DNA of 64,000 bases from Schizochytrium sp. TIO01 (Eukaryota; Protista; Bigyra: Labyrinthulomycetes), in assembly GCA_004764695.1 (NCBI GenBank), contig SMSO01000032.1, forward strand, positions 8,278,483 through 8,342,482. Direction: 5' to 3'. Positions 21,006 to 34,095 of the stretch are shown here, in pieces (within the stretch, counting starts at the first letter, position 1; every line of letters starts with the position of its first letter). The position numbers and the translations under genes were made by a program. Under the pieces are notes generated by a model. It had not been told where the DNA came from and did no database searches. It saw only the letters and a program-made list of their open reading frames with translations.

Positions 21006-24000
21006 CCTCACGCTACAGCGCATAACAATGAGAACCTGAAGGAATCTAAGCTCAGTCTGAAGGAAACTAATTTTCAGCCGCTGTGTCAATAAGTGAGTAA
21101 GCTAGCTCTCAAGTAAGTACTTTTATCTACCTAAGTACGATTTCGTAGAACTGTGAAGAGCAAGGCTCACCGTAACCATGATGATCTAAGGGCTTTAGTC
21201 GATAAATATTCTGAATGACTGTTTCGAGTCTAGTGGAGCACCACAGGGATCGGATTCCCAGACACACAATTACATGCCAAAGGATACAAGACCAACCCTC
21301 AAGACTATTAATGAGAGGCGGCTCCAAAACAAACGCTTTATCGCCGGCGAATTGAGGGGCTCATGCGTTCGATCTCTTTTCTAGCTCCGCTTGTTGCGAA
21401 GTTCCTGTGAAAACAACTATTTTTACGACAGTGGCTGCTTTCGATGAAAAATGGAAAATGTATAATTAATTATAAAAGCTAACATATGTAAAGAAATAAG
21501 TAGATGAAATTATGCCAAGTGAAGCAAAGACTCGCGAAGGAGTGATTCCTTGAGGCCTACTGAAGCTCTTCGACGACTCCGCTAAGGGGGCACGTTGGTA
21601 CTGGACTGCAGGAATTGTCGCCAAAGGTCTGCTGCGCATGATTGACAGTGCCCTCAAGCCGACGATCTGCTCGGGCCATTCAGAGCTGGTGTCGGCAATC
21701 GTTAACTTTTAAAGCTGAAGGCGAACATGGCAACGACAGACTTGGAAATATATATACATATATAAATTCTTCTTTTCGCTGCCTTTACCTTCGCCTTTGT
21801 AATATCGCGTCTTCGTTTTGCAGAGCTCGATCCTTGCGTAACAGCATCTTCAAAAACAGAGATTGCACGTCTATGGATATGCCTTAAGAGCCCAAGCGCT
21901 CGGGAAAGAGAAACAAACATAGGTACGTACCAGTTACACAGTGAGATTTACCCAAGCAAAAATACTAAATAACAAAACAGAAGTGAGATGTGATACAATC
22001 ATTGCTATATGTCGCAAAGCGGAAATACAGGAGAGAGAATTGAAAGATAAGAGAAGTGTTCCAGGACTCGAAATATATATTTCACACCTAACTATTCCAG
22101 TCCTCTCCCGCAATTGTTATCTCTGAATACTACACTGACAGCAAACCTGAATGAAAAGAAAGAAATAGAAATAGAAAAAGCAACGTTTGCCAAAATGATG
22201 TATCTAACTAAAAAGCCATAGTTTGGGTGTTTCTCAAAACCTAAATGGAAATGCTTTAAAGATACTTGTAAGCCACACTGACTGTTCTATCATCTTCTAA
22301 CAAGTTATCACTGTGTATTTACAACAGAAACACTTTTTTTCCCCTCGCTCAAGTACAATGCCATGTAAAATAAAGCAGGAGCCATCATTTTATTAAAATT
22401 ATTTTTAGAAATTAAAAATATAGTGTAACATTCACAATTTATGATTACTATTATTATTATCATTGAAAAAAATTCACACTAATTGCATTAAAAGAGAGAG
22501 AGAGAGAGATAAAGAAAAACACAGTTTTTAAAATTAAATGAATTAATTCTATTTCTTATTTATCTTTAAAGTTGATTTTTAATTAAAATAAAAAAACACT
22601 AAAAAAATGAAAATATAAATATAGTAAAAAGAAGAAAAAAGAAGAAAATGATAAGCATCATAATGCAAGAGATATATTAAAGAGGCCAATTCGATTTGAA
22701 AATGAGCATACCCACTTTCTTTTCCATCTTCATCTCCATATTTTAGACTGCAGCTGCTTCCATTCAGCTTTAGTGAAAAAGACCTGGATATAGATAAGCA
22801 AATAGATAAAATCTCAAATTCCAATTTTGCTCCAAGCTTTTGCTTATTTTGTGTTATGTTTGCCCAAAAGTTGCTTATAACTGCTATAGTTCTCTAACTC
22901 CTCAAGTGTAGAGGACCATTGCATCCAACTTCATTTGCCTGCAAGTTACCAGATACACTCCCAACTTGCTCCCCATTCGCCATCCTCTGTCGCCTTTCGT
23001 GTGTTTCGGTAAGCTCTTCAAACAGACATCACCATGGCCTGAGCTAATTCATATTCTCTCGAATTCATTGTCTCCAGCAAAGAAGACTCTTAGGCTCCCG
23101 ATCGCGATTTTCTTTCTCGAGTTATCAATCTCAACATCTGAATTTCATTTTCAAAGTGCATACCTGTCCGCTAAGTAGTTTTTACTGTATCATTCAAGCT
23201 CCTGGCTCGCTATGATTTACTACCATTGCTACGGAAGCAGAGCCACTCCCTCCGCATGAAGCAAACAAGTCTATTTTATATATATTTATTTTAATCATCT
23301 AGTCCTTGAGTTCCCTCATCTTTCTTCAAATCCGTGTCCTTGAACCCCAACGCATCCCCGTTCTCTGCTTCCTCTCAACCGTCTCGCGCAAAGGCTCACA
23401 ATATGCTCCAAAGCGCCTGAGCCTGCTCGTACTACTACTACGCCTCCTCACGGGCTTACAGGGATGTTTACACATGTATATATCTATCTATCTATCTATG
23501 GAGGCATGTGCCGGTGCCCTGGTAGATAAATTGCACTATCTGTTTAGGTATTAAAATATAAGTATTAAGGTGGCCTTCCTTTTCCCACTTGTTCTACATT
23601 TCCCTCGCTTCCAGTAGACGGCGAATCTTCCTGCTTCGCAAGCAGGTGTTTCCTTCTCCAAGTCGGAGGAGGTCTCCGTCTCCCACTCGGCAGGCGAGTT
23701 GGGTGGCCTCGGCTCCAAGGTTTCTCGTCGTCGCGAGAGCCCCCGCGCTTCTGCTTCGAGGAGCGCCATTATAGATCGTGCGGGGCGCGTGCCGGGGGTT
23801 CATGCGAGCCAACTCCTCGTTCCGCTCACAAACGAGACTTCCCGGTCTGATTGTTCGCTCGGCACCACGTTTGTCTCCTTTCCGAGTTCGTTCAACTTGC
23901 AGCACTGGGTCCCTCTCTCTCTCTCTCCCTCGCTCTCCACCTCTCCACCACCTCGCAGCGGCATCAGACAGTTCGGCTTGCGGCTTGCGGCTTGCGGCTG

Positions 24001-25134
24001 CCCGCGCTCTCGCTTCGGGAGTCATGATCTAAGGTACCACGAGCACAACGGTCAACGGCGACACCAAGAACCATAGATCTGGGCGTTTTTCCGGAGAGAT
24101 GCTGGCGATCTTCAGGTGCACTGCGACGGCGTGGCGGCACTTGCCGGCGATGCTGGCGAACTAGCTGCCGAGTGATCCAAGGTCGCTCGCTCGCTTGCGG
24201 CCATCAGGCAGCCTGGGTGGGAGGAGGAGGAGGCCTGTTCCGGCGACTGCTGCTGCTCCAAGCTGCCAACTTAGTTGTGGAACCCACCCACCCACCTCTC
24301 ATCACCCAACCCGGGGCCCCGTCGCCAGCATCCAATCCATCTGCGCTTGCTCTTCAAGAGCTGCTTCTGGCAGCGCTTGCAGACGGCCCTGGAGTCGGAA
24401 CTTACTTTCGAAACGACATGGACATCGAGCTTAGCTTTGGATCGCTGCCTTAGTCAGGGATCGCTGCGAGCTGTCGAAGAAGGCCCATGGAGAAGAAGGT
24501 GTTGAAGAAGGTGTTGAAGAGTGGCGCGAAAAGGTGGCGAAGACAAAGTGTAGAAAGCGCGCAGGTGTGCAAATGCCACTGGAAGCTACAGCTGCCACGA
24601 AGGCGAAACGAGCGTAAGGCCCGTCTCGCCCGCTCACTTCGGGTCGCTCGGAGGACCTCTTCTTCTCCTTCGAGACCGGCAGACCGACCGACCGTCGCGG
24701 CCTTGACTGTGGCTCGCTCGTTTTTGTCGTACTACTGAAGCGGATTGCGTTTGGCAAGAGCCGCCGTCGCAACTTCTGTTTGTTGATCATGCCACGGATT
24801 CTTTTCTGCCCGGAAACCTCAACAAACGCAACTGTTGCGAGGCTCGGCATCAACTCATCTACCAATGTGAGAGCGCCCAGCATAGCATGAGGGGCTCCGC
24901 TCCGCAAGCGAGTTAGTTGCCAGCTTGCGACATCGGGGTTGGCACGATGCGAGCTAGGTGGAAAGAAGCGCGGAACTCAAGATGGCAGAAGAAGAAGAAG
25001 AAGAAGAAGAAGCAGTGTACATGATTGAAGAAGGTGGCATTGAAGGGCAGCTCGCACATTGTTCTTTCAAGGCTCGCATCGCGAGAGCAGCAAGGAAGGA
25101 TATTTATGGTTGCGATGAGGATACACCTGCGCGA

Positions 25135-25226
25135 AAACAAACAAACAAACAAACAAACAAACAAACAAACAAACAAACAAACAAACAAACAAACAAACAA
25201 ACAAACAAACAAACAAACAAACAAAC
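25135..25226. repeat. (AAAC)23 microsatellite
   Basis: Direct read. Confidence 0.95.
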
Positions 25227-27487
25227 ACGCAGTGGTTCGTTCCAGTTCATCTAGCTGCCTGGACACGGCTGGTTGAGCGCGGCAATTGATCTATCTGAGT
25301 TCCAATACGACCAGTCAAAACAGCAGTATCCAGCTTTGAGCGAAAGCACATTCAGTCTGGGTAGCCATCGTTTCGTCGTGTAAAGCGCAAAGCGCAAAGG
25401 GCTTCGCAAGCTGCAGATTTAACTAGGTTATAGAAGCGCAGGAGGGTGTCTATGGCAGAGCTGGTTGGGGACTTCAAAGGCTTTCGGTGGACAAACACAC
25501 GTCTTTTGGTGGGTGGGTGGTCATAATGATATCTATCATTAGAGGAACAATTGCCAGTCTCGACTGATCAGTAAATTGTGTCGGCTAACCCGACATAATC
25601 TAAAATCTATCCATGTTTGTGTAACTCCACGGCGTCCGCGATGCCGTGGTGGTACTTCTGCTACCGAAAAGCTGGTTTCGTTACTAACTCTTCATCCTGC
25701 ACAAGTGGCTGACGACATCTCGGCGGCCGTGGCTTTGAGAGCATGGTGCCTCTGGGTCGCCTCGCTTTGTTCTTTGTTCTACGTTGTAACTTTCCGCAAA
25801 GAATCCTCTCCAAGCTTTGCAAGAGCGTCTTCGAGGAGTTTCCAACTTTAAGAATTTGAAGAATTTGCAGAAGAGTAGTAGGAGGGAAGAATTACAAGGG
25901 TTAGGGAGCACAACAGCCTCGAAAGCGAATTTATCTGCGAATGCCGTCCAGGAGTGCAGTTTGCACTCTCAGAGCTGGGCATCATGCCAAGCAAGCCTGG
26001 AGAGAAACGTGGGAGGGCCGCCAGCTCACGGCGGTGCTTGTACGGTGTAAAGGTCTTGTACGTTGCAAACTTTGAGCGAAAGTGACAGACTTTCGTAGCA
26101 GTAGTATGTGTATCAGGCCGCAAGGAAGCTCTTCTTTCTTTAGCGTCGGAGAGGCGAGCCCTACACGTTGCACGTGGAGTTGTTGTCGACAGCAGTAAGT
26201 TGTTCACACCACCATGAAATAAATAAACTAGGTAGTCGGTTTTGTCACCGCGAAGTCAGCAGGCAGTTTAGACATCTTGCCACTGGCAAGAGGGACTGGC
26301 TGGCATATAGGCCAACCTTTCGCCCACTTTATTGTTCCTCCCTCGCAAAGGCGAATTCGCAAAGGCAAATACTTTGCCGTCTCCAATTTGCCTGTTGCTC
26401 GCTTTGCTTAATTTACAGAGCTGGGCTTCCAAGAAATCCTGGCGTTTTATTTTGCAAGACATCGAAATGACTAAAGTTTTCTGGTGAACAGGGATGCAGG
26501 CTGCCAACCAATTCACAGCAACAAACTAACCAACTAACTAACCAACTAACTACCTACCCATCGTCAGTCGACTGCATGCATGCATATGATACACGCACCT
26601 GAGATTTGAGCTTATATATCAGCGACAATATTAGCCAACCAAACTACTTGCCACTCATAGGACACCGCTGTCACACTAACGTGTGGTGTTGTTAAGAATA
26701 TCAAAGCGAAGCTCGAGTGTCAGTTATTACACCTCTGCTCTCGAACGGCTGTCTGGTGAAACAAGTCTCAGTCAGCAGATTACTGCTATAGCTTGGTCAT
26801 CTTCAGCTTTATGTTTGCTTGTTACGTTCTCGACGAAAATCGTTGCGATGACGCACGGGAGCCTTGCCGAACCAGCCTTAGCGCCAAAGCTTGCTTGACC
26901 TGGTTCTCAGCAGCTTTTCTTGATTTTTATGAATAGCAATATCACAAAGAAAAAAGAAGAACTTGCAAGAAAAATAAAAAACCAAACAAAAGACACTTTT
27001 AGTTTTAATGATTGTTCAATAATTTGTTTTCAATGATTTATTTGTTTAAAAATTAGAAAACATTTTTAGTTATCCTTCCTTATCTTGAAGTAAGAAATAA
27101 TCATGCTTGCTCTATTATAATTAGACTATATGTATATTTATCATTTATTTTATCTTTAAATGAGGATATCAGAAAAAAAAATGATGAGCTAACTTCCAAT
27201 AATACGACTTTTTTCTCTTCTTTCTAATACACTGATAAATAATAAGAAATAAAGAAAGAGATATTTTATTTCATTTCAATACAAAAACAAAAAAACTTAT
27301 AGTTCCTTTCTTTCAAGGGATGCAATGATACTACTATATTTATCCTTTTCATAAATAAAAACCTGCACGCACGCATGCATGGGGCTCAAGTCCCCAGCAA
27401 CGTCGGCTGAGCAAGCCTAGTCGGAGCAGGTTTCCGGCAGGAATATCACGAAGGTATTCCCGAGGAGCAGGAACGCGCAGCGAGGCC

Positions 27488-27525
27488 ATTCATTCATTCA
27501 TTCATTCATTCATTCACTCATTCAT
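27488..27525. repeat. (ATTC)n microsatellite
   Basis: Direct read. Confidence 0.9.
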
Positions 27526-28225
27526 AACCTGCAAACGGAGAGATATTCTTTCTCTGCTCCTTCAACTTTTCTGCTTCTCTGTGGCTCGCAGGGATGCCGA
27601 GTGAGAACCCGCAGCGAGCTTGCCTCCATACCGCTGATGCTGCGCTGTACATCCATCATCCACTCATTCGTTCACTGCACGCGGACCAATCGCCGCTGAC
27701 TCGGCGACGGTTGGTTTTTGAAGGGGCATTTTGACGGGCGAAGTTCGACGTAGGTTCTTATGAAAGAAGATGGAGCTCCACGGTTCTATTTGTGCAGTTT
27801 TTATTGCCTGCTATTATTTATTTATTTAGAATCGATGTGCTTATTCATTATATCTGCAAGGGAACCTTTTGCACCAACTGGTTCTCACGTGCAAACGATG
27901 TACCGGAGCTCTCAACGTCGTCCGATGGCAACCTCCGCGACCCAGGCTCCAGGAGACGCGCCCAAGGGACGCAGCGCTTTGACGTTTTCTCAAATTTATT
28001 TGAAGAAGCGCTGTACCCGGCTGCTGAAGCTTCTCAGCCACTGACGACGCTCTTAAAAGGGCCCCAAGTGCGCAACGCTTCTTCTCATTATCATTTGCCA
28101 TCCATTATTACTGTAGAAATGACATGCATGGTCAGCACCACGATCGTGGTATTTCTTATGCCAGGAAGTGCTGCTGCCCAGGGCAATTGAGGTCCTGAAG
28201 AATAAACGAAACAGCGCAAATCTTG

Positions 28226-28265
28226 CTTTGCTTTGCTTTGCTTTGCTTTGCTTTGCTTTGCTTTG
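28226..28265. repeat. (CTTTG)8 microsatellite
   Basis: Direct read. Confidence 0.95.
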
Positions 28266-28827
28266 CTGGACTCGACTCGCTCACCGCCTTCTGCCTCGAG
28301 CCCAGTCTTCGCGGCCCAGCCAGGGCTGCTCTGCTGCTGACCAGCTTTGCCTGACGACGCTAAGGCCTCCGAAACCGCCAGCTGCCGCCTTTGCTGCCTG
28401 CGAGGTCTCTTTGTTCCCTTCCCCGGCACGAATAGATTCTCCGCGTTTCTCCAATACGATGAAGATGCTGCCGCTTTTGCTCTGCCAAGTGGTAGGAACC
28501 AAGGCAGCTAGCTAGTCAGAGGGCATTCCCATCAACAACAGACTCGAGTGAAACCAACCAGCCAGAACTCACAGCGAGCTGCTGAGACGATAACGATATC
28601 TCTCCACGCCGCGGATGACGTGGTTTGGGTACTTGGCCTCACTCCTGCTCTCGGGCGATGGTTCCAAACACGCTTCGGCGGCGCCGTCAGACTCGTTCCA
28701 CCCGGCTTGTGACCAGCAAGCTTCACGGCTGCCGGCGTACACACCCTCCATGCCGGGATTTGCGCACCCGGATCTGACGAGATACCATTCTGACGTTCTG
28801 AAGGGGAATGAGTGAACGAATGCATGT

Positions 28828-28886
28828 GCCAAGGCAGACCAAAGTAAGCCAAGGCAAGCCAAGGCAAGCCAAGGCAAGCCAAGGCA
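28828..28886. repeat. (GCCAAGGCAA)~6 10-bp tandem repeat
   Basis: Direct read; first two units degenerate. Confidence 0.9.
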
Positions 28887-30993
28887 GGTCACCGCAACGA
28901 TGCGGCGAGGAAGAAGAGAAGAGGGGCCTGCATTCGTTACTTATTGTTGCCTGTACGACTCGACGGCGCTTGTAATTTCTGCTCAAAGAGCTTCATGGCA
29001 CTTGGCGCAGATTCCAAATATCTTAACGTGAAGTTCCTCAACAGTAATGACGAAGCAAGCGAAGAAGGAAAGAAGCGCCGGCAACGGCGTAGGTTCTCGA
29101 GAAGCGTGAAGAGAAGAAGTGCTCGACGTCGAGAGTACCAAGTACTCAGAGTCGAGGAGGAGGTCCCACTTGGCTGTGTCTCTAGCTAGAGAACTTGAGC
29201 GCCGTCGCGAGCGATTTGATCAACCCATGAGTCGTTGACTCACTTTTTATGTACCACGTCAATGGTAATGTAATGTGCGTAGCAGAGATGGGTGAGGAAA
29301 GCGGTGCGAAGATTCCCATTCTTCAGCTTCGAACGAGAGGCGGAGCACAATCTGTCTCGCGGACAGACCATCGATCACTCCATCACCACCCATCTCATCG
29401 AGTCACCATCATTCAATAAACTTTCCAGCTTCACCACCCATCAATCGCTCTGTCAACCGCCTGTCAACCGCCTGTCTCGTCTCTAGCTAGAATAATATCT
29501 TGGTCTTGCACGAGGTGCTTCAGAACGCGCGCGAGCTATGCACTTAAAAGGCTGATGACCTAAACGATGGCAGCAGCTTCAAAGAAGTTGGATTGGATTT
29601 TCCTGGTTCCTATTGTTTCTGCAGCTTCTTCTGACGAGGCAGGCTCTGATCGAGTGATGCTGATGGTGCTGATCGTGCTGATAACGCTGGTAACGCTGGC
29701 GATGGTTGCGATGATGCTGATGATGATGCTGTCGAAGTCTCAAGTCTTCTGATGCGTCGAGGGTGATTTTATTTCGTTCCCGACACGTGAGAAATCGCTG
29801 ACGAACCAACCACCTCTCAAAGCCAGCGAAGCTAGGGCCCGCTGAACTTCTCTTACGGAGATACCTGACGAGAAATAAATGCATATACCTTATAATGAAA
29901 GGCTCAGAGAGGAAAAAAGTCAAAAGGCCGCTTTCTTTGCTTCAGCGCTCTTTCATTTCTTTTTTTCCTTTTTTCTTTTCCCTCATTTTGCGGTGTTCGA
30001 GGGAACTCAGAATGAGGCTTGTCATAATATTAAAAAAACTTATTATTCATATCAAGTAATTATAATGTCTTGGTTGATTGCTTCATTGCTTCATTCATTC
30101 TTTCATTCTTTCATTCTTTTATTAATTTATTTGTTCTGAATGACTGAATGACTGAATGATTGAATGATTGATCATTTCATTTTATTTTTTTTTATTTATT
30201 CGTTCTCATTGATCGAAACTTGGTATCGATAAATTCTTGAAACGTACGAAGATAGACATTCTTCACAACAGACTGACTAACCCTCGCTCTTCGGGTGGTT
30301 CTTTCATTATATTTTATTGATCTTCTCAGCGCGCAGGTAGAACAAGGCCAGAAAGGTAGTATTGACCCACCTCGCTCGTTGGGTCTGGTGTCTTTTGATT
30401 AACGATTCCCCGTGCTCAGATTTTCTACATTTCTTCAACCAGCATATTCACCAAACGACTTCTTCTTTGAACAGCAGCTATGCACATTACTTCCAATGGT
30501 ATAAAAAAATATTCCACGAAGATTATTTTCTATTTTCTATTTTCTATTTTTTATTTTTCTTTAAAGTGGGACAGAATAAGTTATATATATAAACTTAAGT
30601 ACTTTGTATTACGACGTTAACATTTTTCTTTTCTGAAAAAAAAGAATAATTGAGAGGATAGATAGGTTAGACTACCTACTAGGAAAATGAAAAAACAAAA
30701 ACAAACTGAAGAACAAAACCTTGCTTATTTCAGAAAGCCTTTTCATCCTTTGCGGGCAGACTGAGGGAAACTTAGCTCTGCACTGGATGCGCCTCTGCTT
30801 GGCCTTGCTTCGTCAGAGACTTCTCTTGCTTGTCGCAATGTTACTTTCGATGCTTGCTTACCCCACCCTCTGCTTGTTATCCTGCTTTCGGCGGGCTTTC
30901 CTCCAGCTTCCTTCCTTCTTCTCCTTCTTCCGTACCTTCTTTCCATCCAATACTTTCCAGCGCTGCTTTCCTATGTTTCACGAAGGAAAGCAG

Positions 30994-30994
<1 letters not shown>

Positions 30995-31050
<56 letters not shown>
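30995..31050. repeat. (CAAT)14 microsatellite
   Basis: Direct read. Confidence 0.95.
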
Positions 31051-31051
<1 letters not shown>

Positions 31052-31949
31052 CATCAATACATCAAAAAATCAATCAATTTAAAATCATTTTGTTTCCTGT
31101 CTTTTTCTTTTTTCTTTTTTCCTTTTTTCCTTTGTTTCTTTTTTTCTTTCTTTTTCTTTCTTTCCTTCTTTCTTTACGTCGTTCGTTGCTGTTATCAGGT
31201 AGGAAGTAGTAGGGACCTAGCAGAGGTCATACATAGAGAGCCCTAGTACGACCCACTGATGGACTGCTACCCACTCTCAGCTACCGTATTACACATTTCT
31301 TCGTCTTACTCATCCTTCCCATTTCCCCTCCACTGTAGCGTTATCCATAGCTGGCTCCTACCTGTGCGCTCGTACATGTAAAAAGGCGCAGCTCCGATTC
31401 CGATGAAAGGTACTCGGAGAGCGTGAAAGCGAACCAGCTTTACGATGCAGAAGGCGCTTCAAGCCACCTCAGGCAGGGCGTCTGAAGCCCAGGGCCTCCA
31501 TCCGTAGGGGTTCTCTTGCGGAGCTGACGCGGCTTCTGCCCAATCCCTGGCGCGGCAGAGAGCGACGGCGAGAGGTGCTTTGCTGTGCTTTGCTTTAGAA
31601 AAGCAACAATAAATGGCATGGCGCGACCTTCTTTTTTCCCTTTTTTTTTTTCTTCTCTTCTCTTTTTCTTTCTTTCTTTGTCGTCAGAGCAGTTTAGCTC
31701 AAGTCCACGAAGAAGCCAAGGACGGAGCTCTACCGCGAGCGCGAGCTAGCTGTTCACCGACGTCCTTCGCTCCCAAGCTTCCTCGTAATCCAGGCTTGTC
31801 CTTCACCTCGTGCGCTGATTCCTCGCAGTTCTCGCTCTCGACCTGTCTGGTCTTGAATTTCTTTCAAGTTGATTCTGAAAGCTATCTTCTTCTTCTCGCG
31901 CCGTTTCGAAACGGCTGCTCGCGGAAAGAAGCTTCAGTTTATGTCTTTT

Positions 31950-32065
31950 ATTCATTCATTCATTCATTCATTCATTCATTCATTCATTCATTCATTCATT
32001 GATGTAGTCATTGATTTAGTCATTTAGTCATTTAGTCATTTCATTCGGCCATTCGGCCATTCGGT
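31950..32065. repeat. Compound repeat: (ATTC)n, then (AGTCATTT)n, then (ATTCGGCC)n
   Basis: Direct read. Confidence 0.88.
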
Positions 32066-32346
32066 CAGACCGAAAGAAGTGCCTGAGCAGCACAATCCGT
32101 CGTTCTTCTCGAGATGCAGCAGCAGCAGCAGCAGCAGCGGTGGCGACATCACGGCTTAGAGGCGGCGGCGGTCAGGAGAACCTGAGGACAGCTGAGTCCA
32201 AAGGCAGGCTTTGCGGAGTTCGGCTGCAGCCGCGCCCTCGTGCAGTAAGTATGCGAAATAGGCGGGCACTCATCTTTCCTGGCCGAGCCTACTAGCCGCA
32301 CGCGTACGAGTGCCTAGCGAAGCCAGCAGAAGGAGAGGCGCTATTG

Positions 32347-32391
32347 TGCTCTGCTCTGCTCTGCTCTGCTCTGCTCTGCTCTGCTCTGCTC
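32347..32391. repeat. (TGCTC)9 microsatellite
   Basis: Direct read. Confidence 0.93.
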
Positions 32392-32927
32392 AGCGAGCGC
32401 CTTCAGAAAGAACCCACTCTCTGCAAACAAGAGCGAAAGGCACTCCGCTCTCTCAAATTGGCTCCGCTTATTTGCCTATTCGCTTGTTGGTTCAGCCTTT
32501 TGTTCGGCTTGTGATGTGAGTTGTGCTCGCGTAGTTTACTTTTACTTACATACTTAGAGCATTACAGCAGCTTACAGCAGCAGCGGAGGATTTCAACGAC
32601 ACAGAATATTCATCTCGAGTAACCCAGTGATGGCAGCGACGGACAGGGAACCGTGGAGCCTGAGCTTTGCGGGATCTGGGAGCAGTAGTGCAGAGAACGC
32701 GATGGACGTTATTCTTACAGTGCCCGGTTCTGGTGCCGGGTTCTCAGAGAGGCTTGGGGGGAACTTGAAGAAGCGAGGAGGTTCTTCTAGGTAATAAGCT
32801 GGGAAGGGCGCATTTGGAATCTCGGCTGCTGTGTTGGTTTTTTGTTGCTGGTTGAAAACCGGTTTTATAAAGATTCCGCTCCTGGTTTTAGAATGACATG
32901 ACATGCACAGACTCTCTTTCGTTCGAG

Positions 32928-32928
<1 letters not shown>

Positions 32929-32976
<48 letters not shown>
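32929..32976. repeat. (GATT)12 microsatellite
   Basis: Direct read. Confidence 0.95.
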
Positions 32977-32977
<1 letters not shown>

Positions 32978-33950
32978 CAGGGAAACCATTCAGTAGATTT
33001 GCGCTACTTTTTCATTCTTGATTCTCGATGTTTTATTTTCTGACTTCGTAAAATCAAGGAGTAAAGAGAATTAATTAAGCTGCTGCTGCTTCTGCCAGTG
33101 GGATACATTTCCATGCTCTCATGACACAGTACATATCCTTTAAAACTGCATTGTAATTAATACTACATTTCTTCTTCTTCTTCTTCTTTTGATATTTACA
33201 AAAATAGATAAACAAATACACATATAATGAATAAGTGTATAAATAAGTGGAAGTATGACTCTGCGTAGCGCCTTAGTAGCGAAGAAGAAGACGAGAAAGG
33301 AAGAGCAGACATGGAAACTACCCAACCCATATAGTGAGTGAGTCTTTGGGGGGAGCACGCGCAAACGTAGTGTCTTCAAAATTCCAACGTCGCCACTTTC
33401 ATCTCCTGAGATGGCGTAACTTGTTAACAGGAACAAGGACAATACGCGGACAGTCAGGTAGTTGCCAATCTACTTGAAAGCGGCCGCAGCAATAAAATAC
33501 AGAAATAGCAAACTGCGTCGCTGAAGCGTTGGACGACCAAGACTTTCCAGAAAGTCTCAACTCATCGCAAAAGATGCTCCGCCTGTTCAAGAATGGGGAG
33601 AGACCCCAAACTTGAGTGAGGCCTCTCCGCCGAAGATTGAAAGCAAAGAGAGTTGGTTAACGGAGGATTGCTTTGACTCGATTCAATCCGATTCATCGGC
33701 ACCCCTCAGTCCCACTCACTGTTCAAGACACGCATACTGCTCGAACCGCTTAAAGCGAAGCAGCTTCGTCAGCCGCTTATCAGTCTGTGCCCACCTAGAT
33801 GTAGCTAGTTTCCGCATTCTCAAGGGCAAGAACTTTCTCTCGATGCAACATCTATGGCCGTGTTTCTGCTCATTTCTGGAGACTCTGCAATCAGATACTG
33901 TTTACCAGCATGTTTTGCAGCCAGGGCGTGTTAATAATAATAATAATAAG

Positions 33951-34095
33951 CTTTGTTTCTTTGTTTCTTTGTTTCATTGTTTCATTGTTTCATTGTTTCA
34001 TTGTTTCATTGTTTCTTTGTTTCATTGTTTCATTGTTTCATTGTTTCATTGTTTCTTTGTTTCATTGTTTCATTGTTTCATTGGTTCATTGTTTC
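33951..34095. repeat. 8-bp tandem repeat (TTTCATTG / TTTCTTTG)
   Basis: Direct read, ~18 units. Confidence 0.92.

Noticed and set aside
27425-27490. Hairpin GGAATA-TCACGAAGG-TATTCC resembling U1 snRNA stem-loop I (ATCACGAAGGT)
   Set aside because: No 5' ACTTACCTG, no loop-II ATTGCAC and no Sm site; runs into an ATTC microsatellite. An Infernal/Rfam search would settle it.
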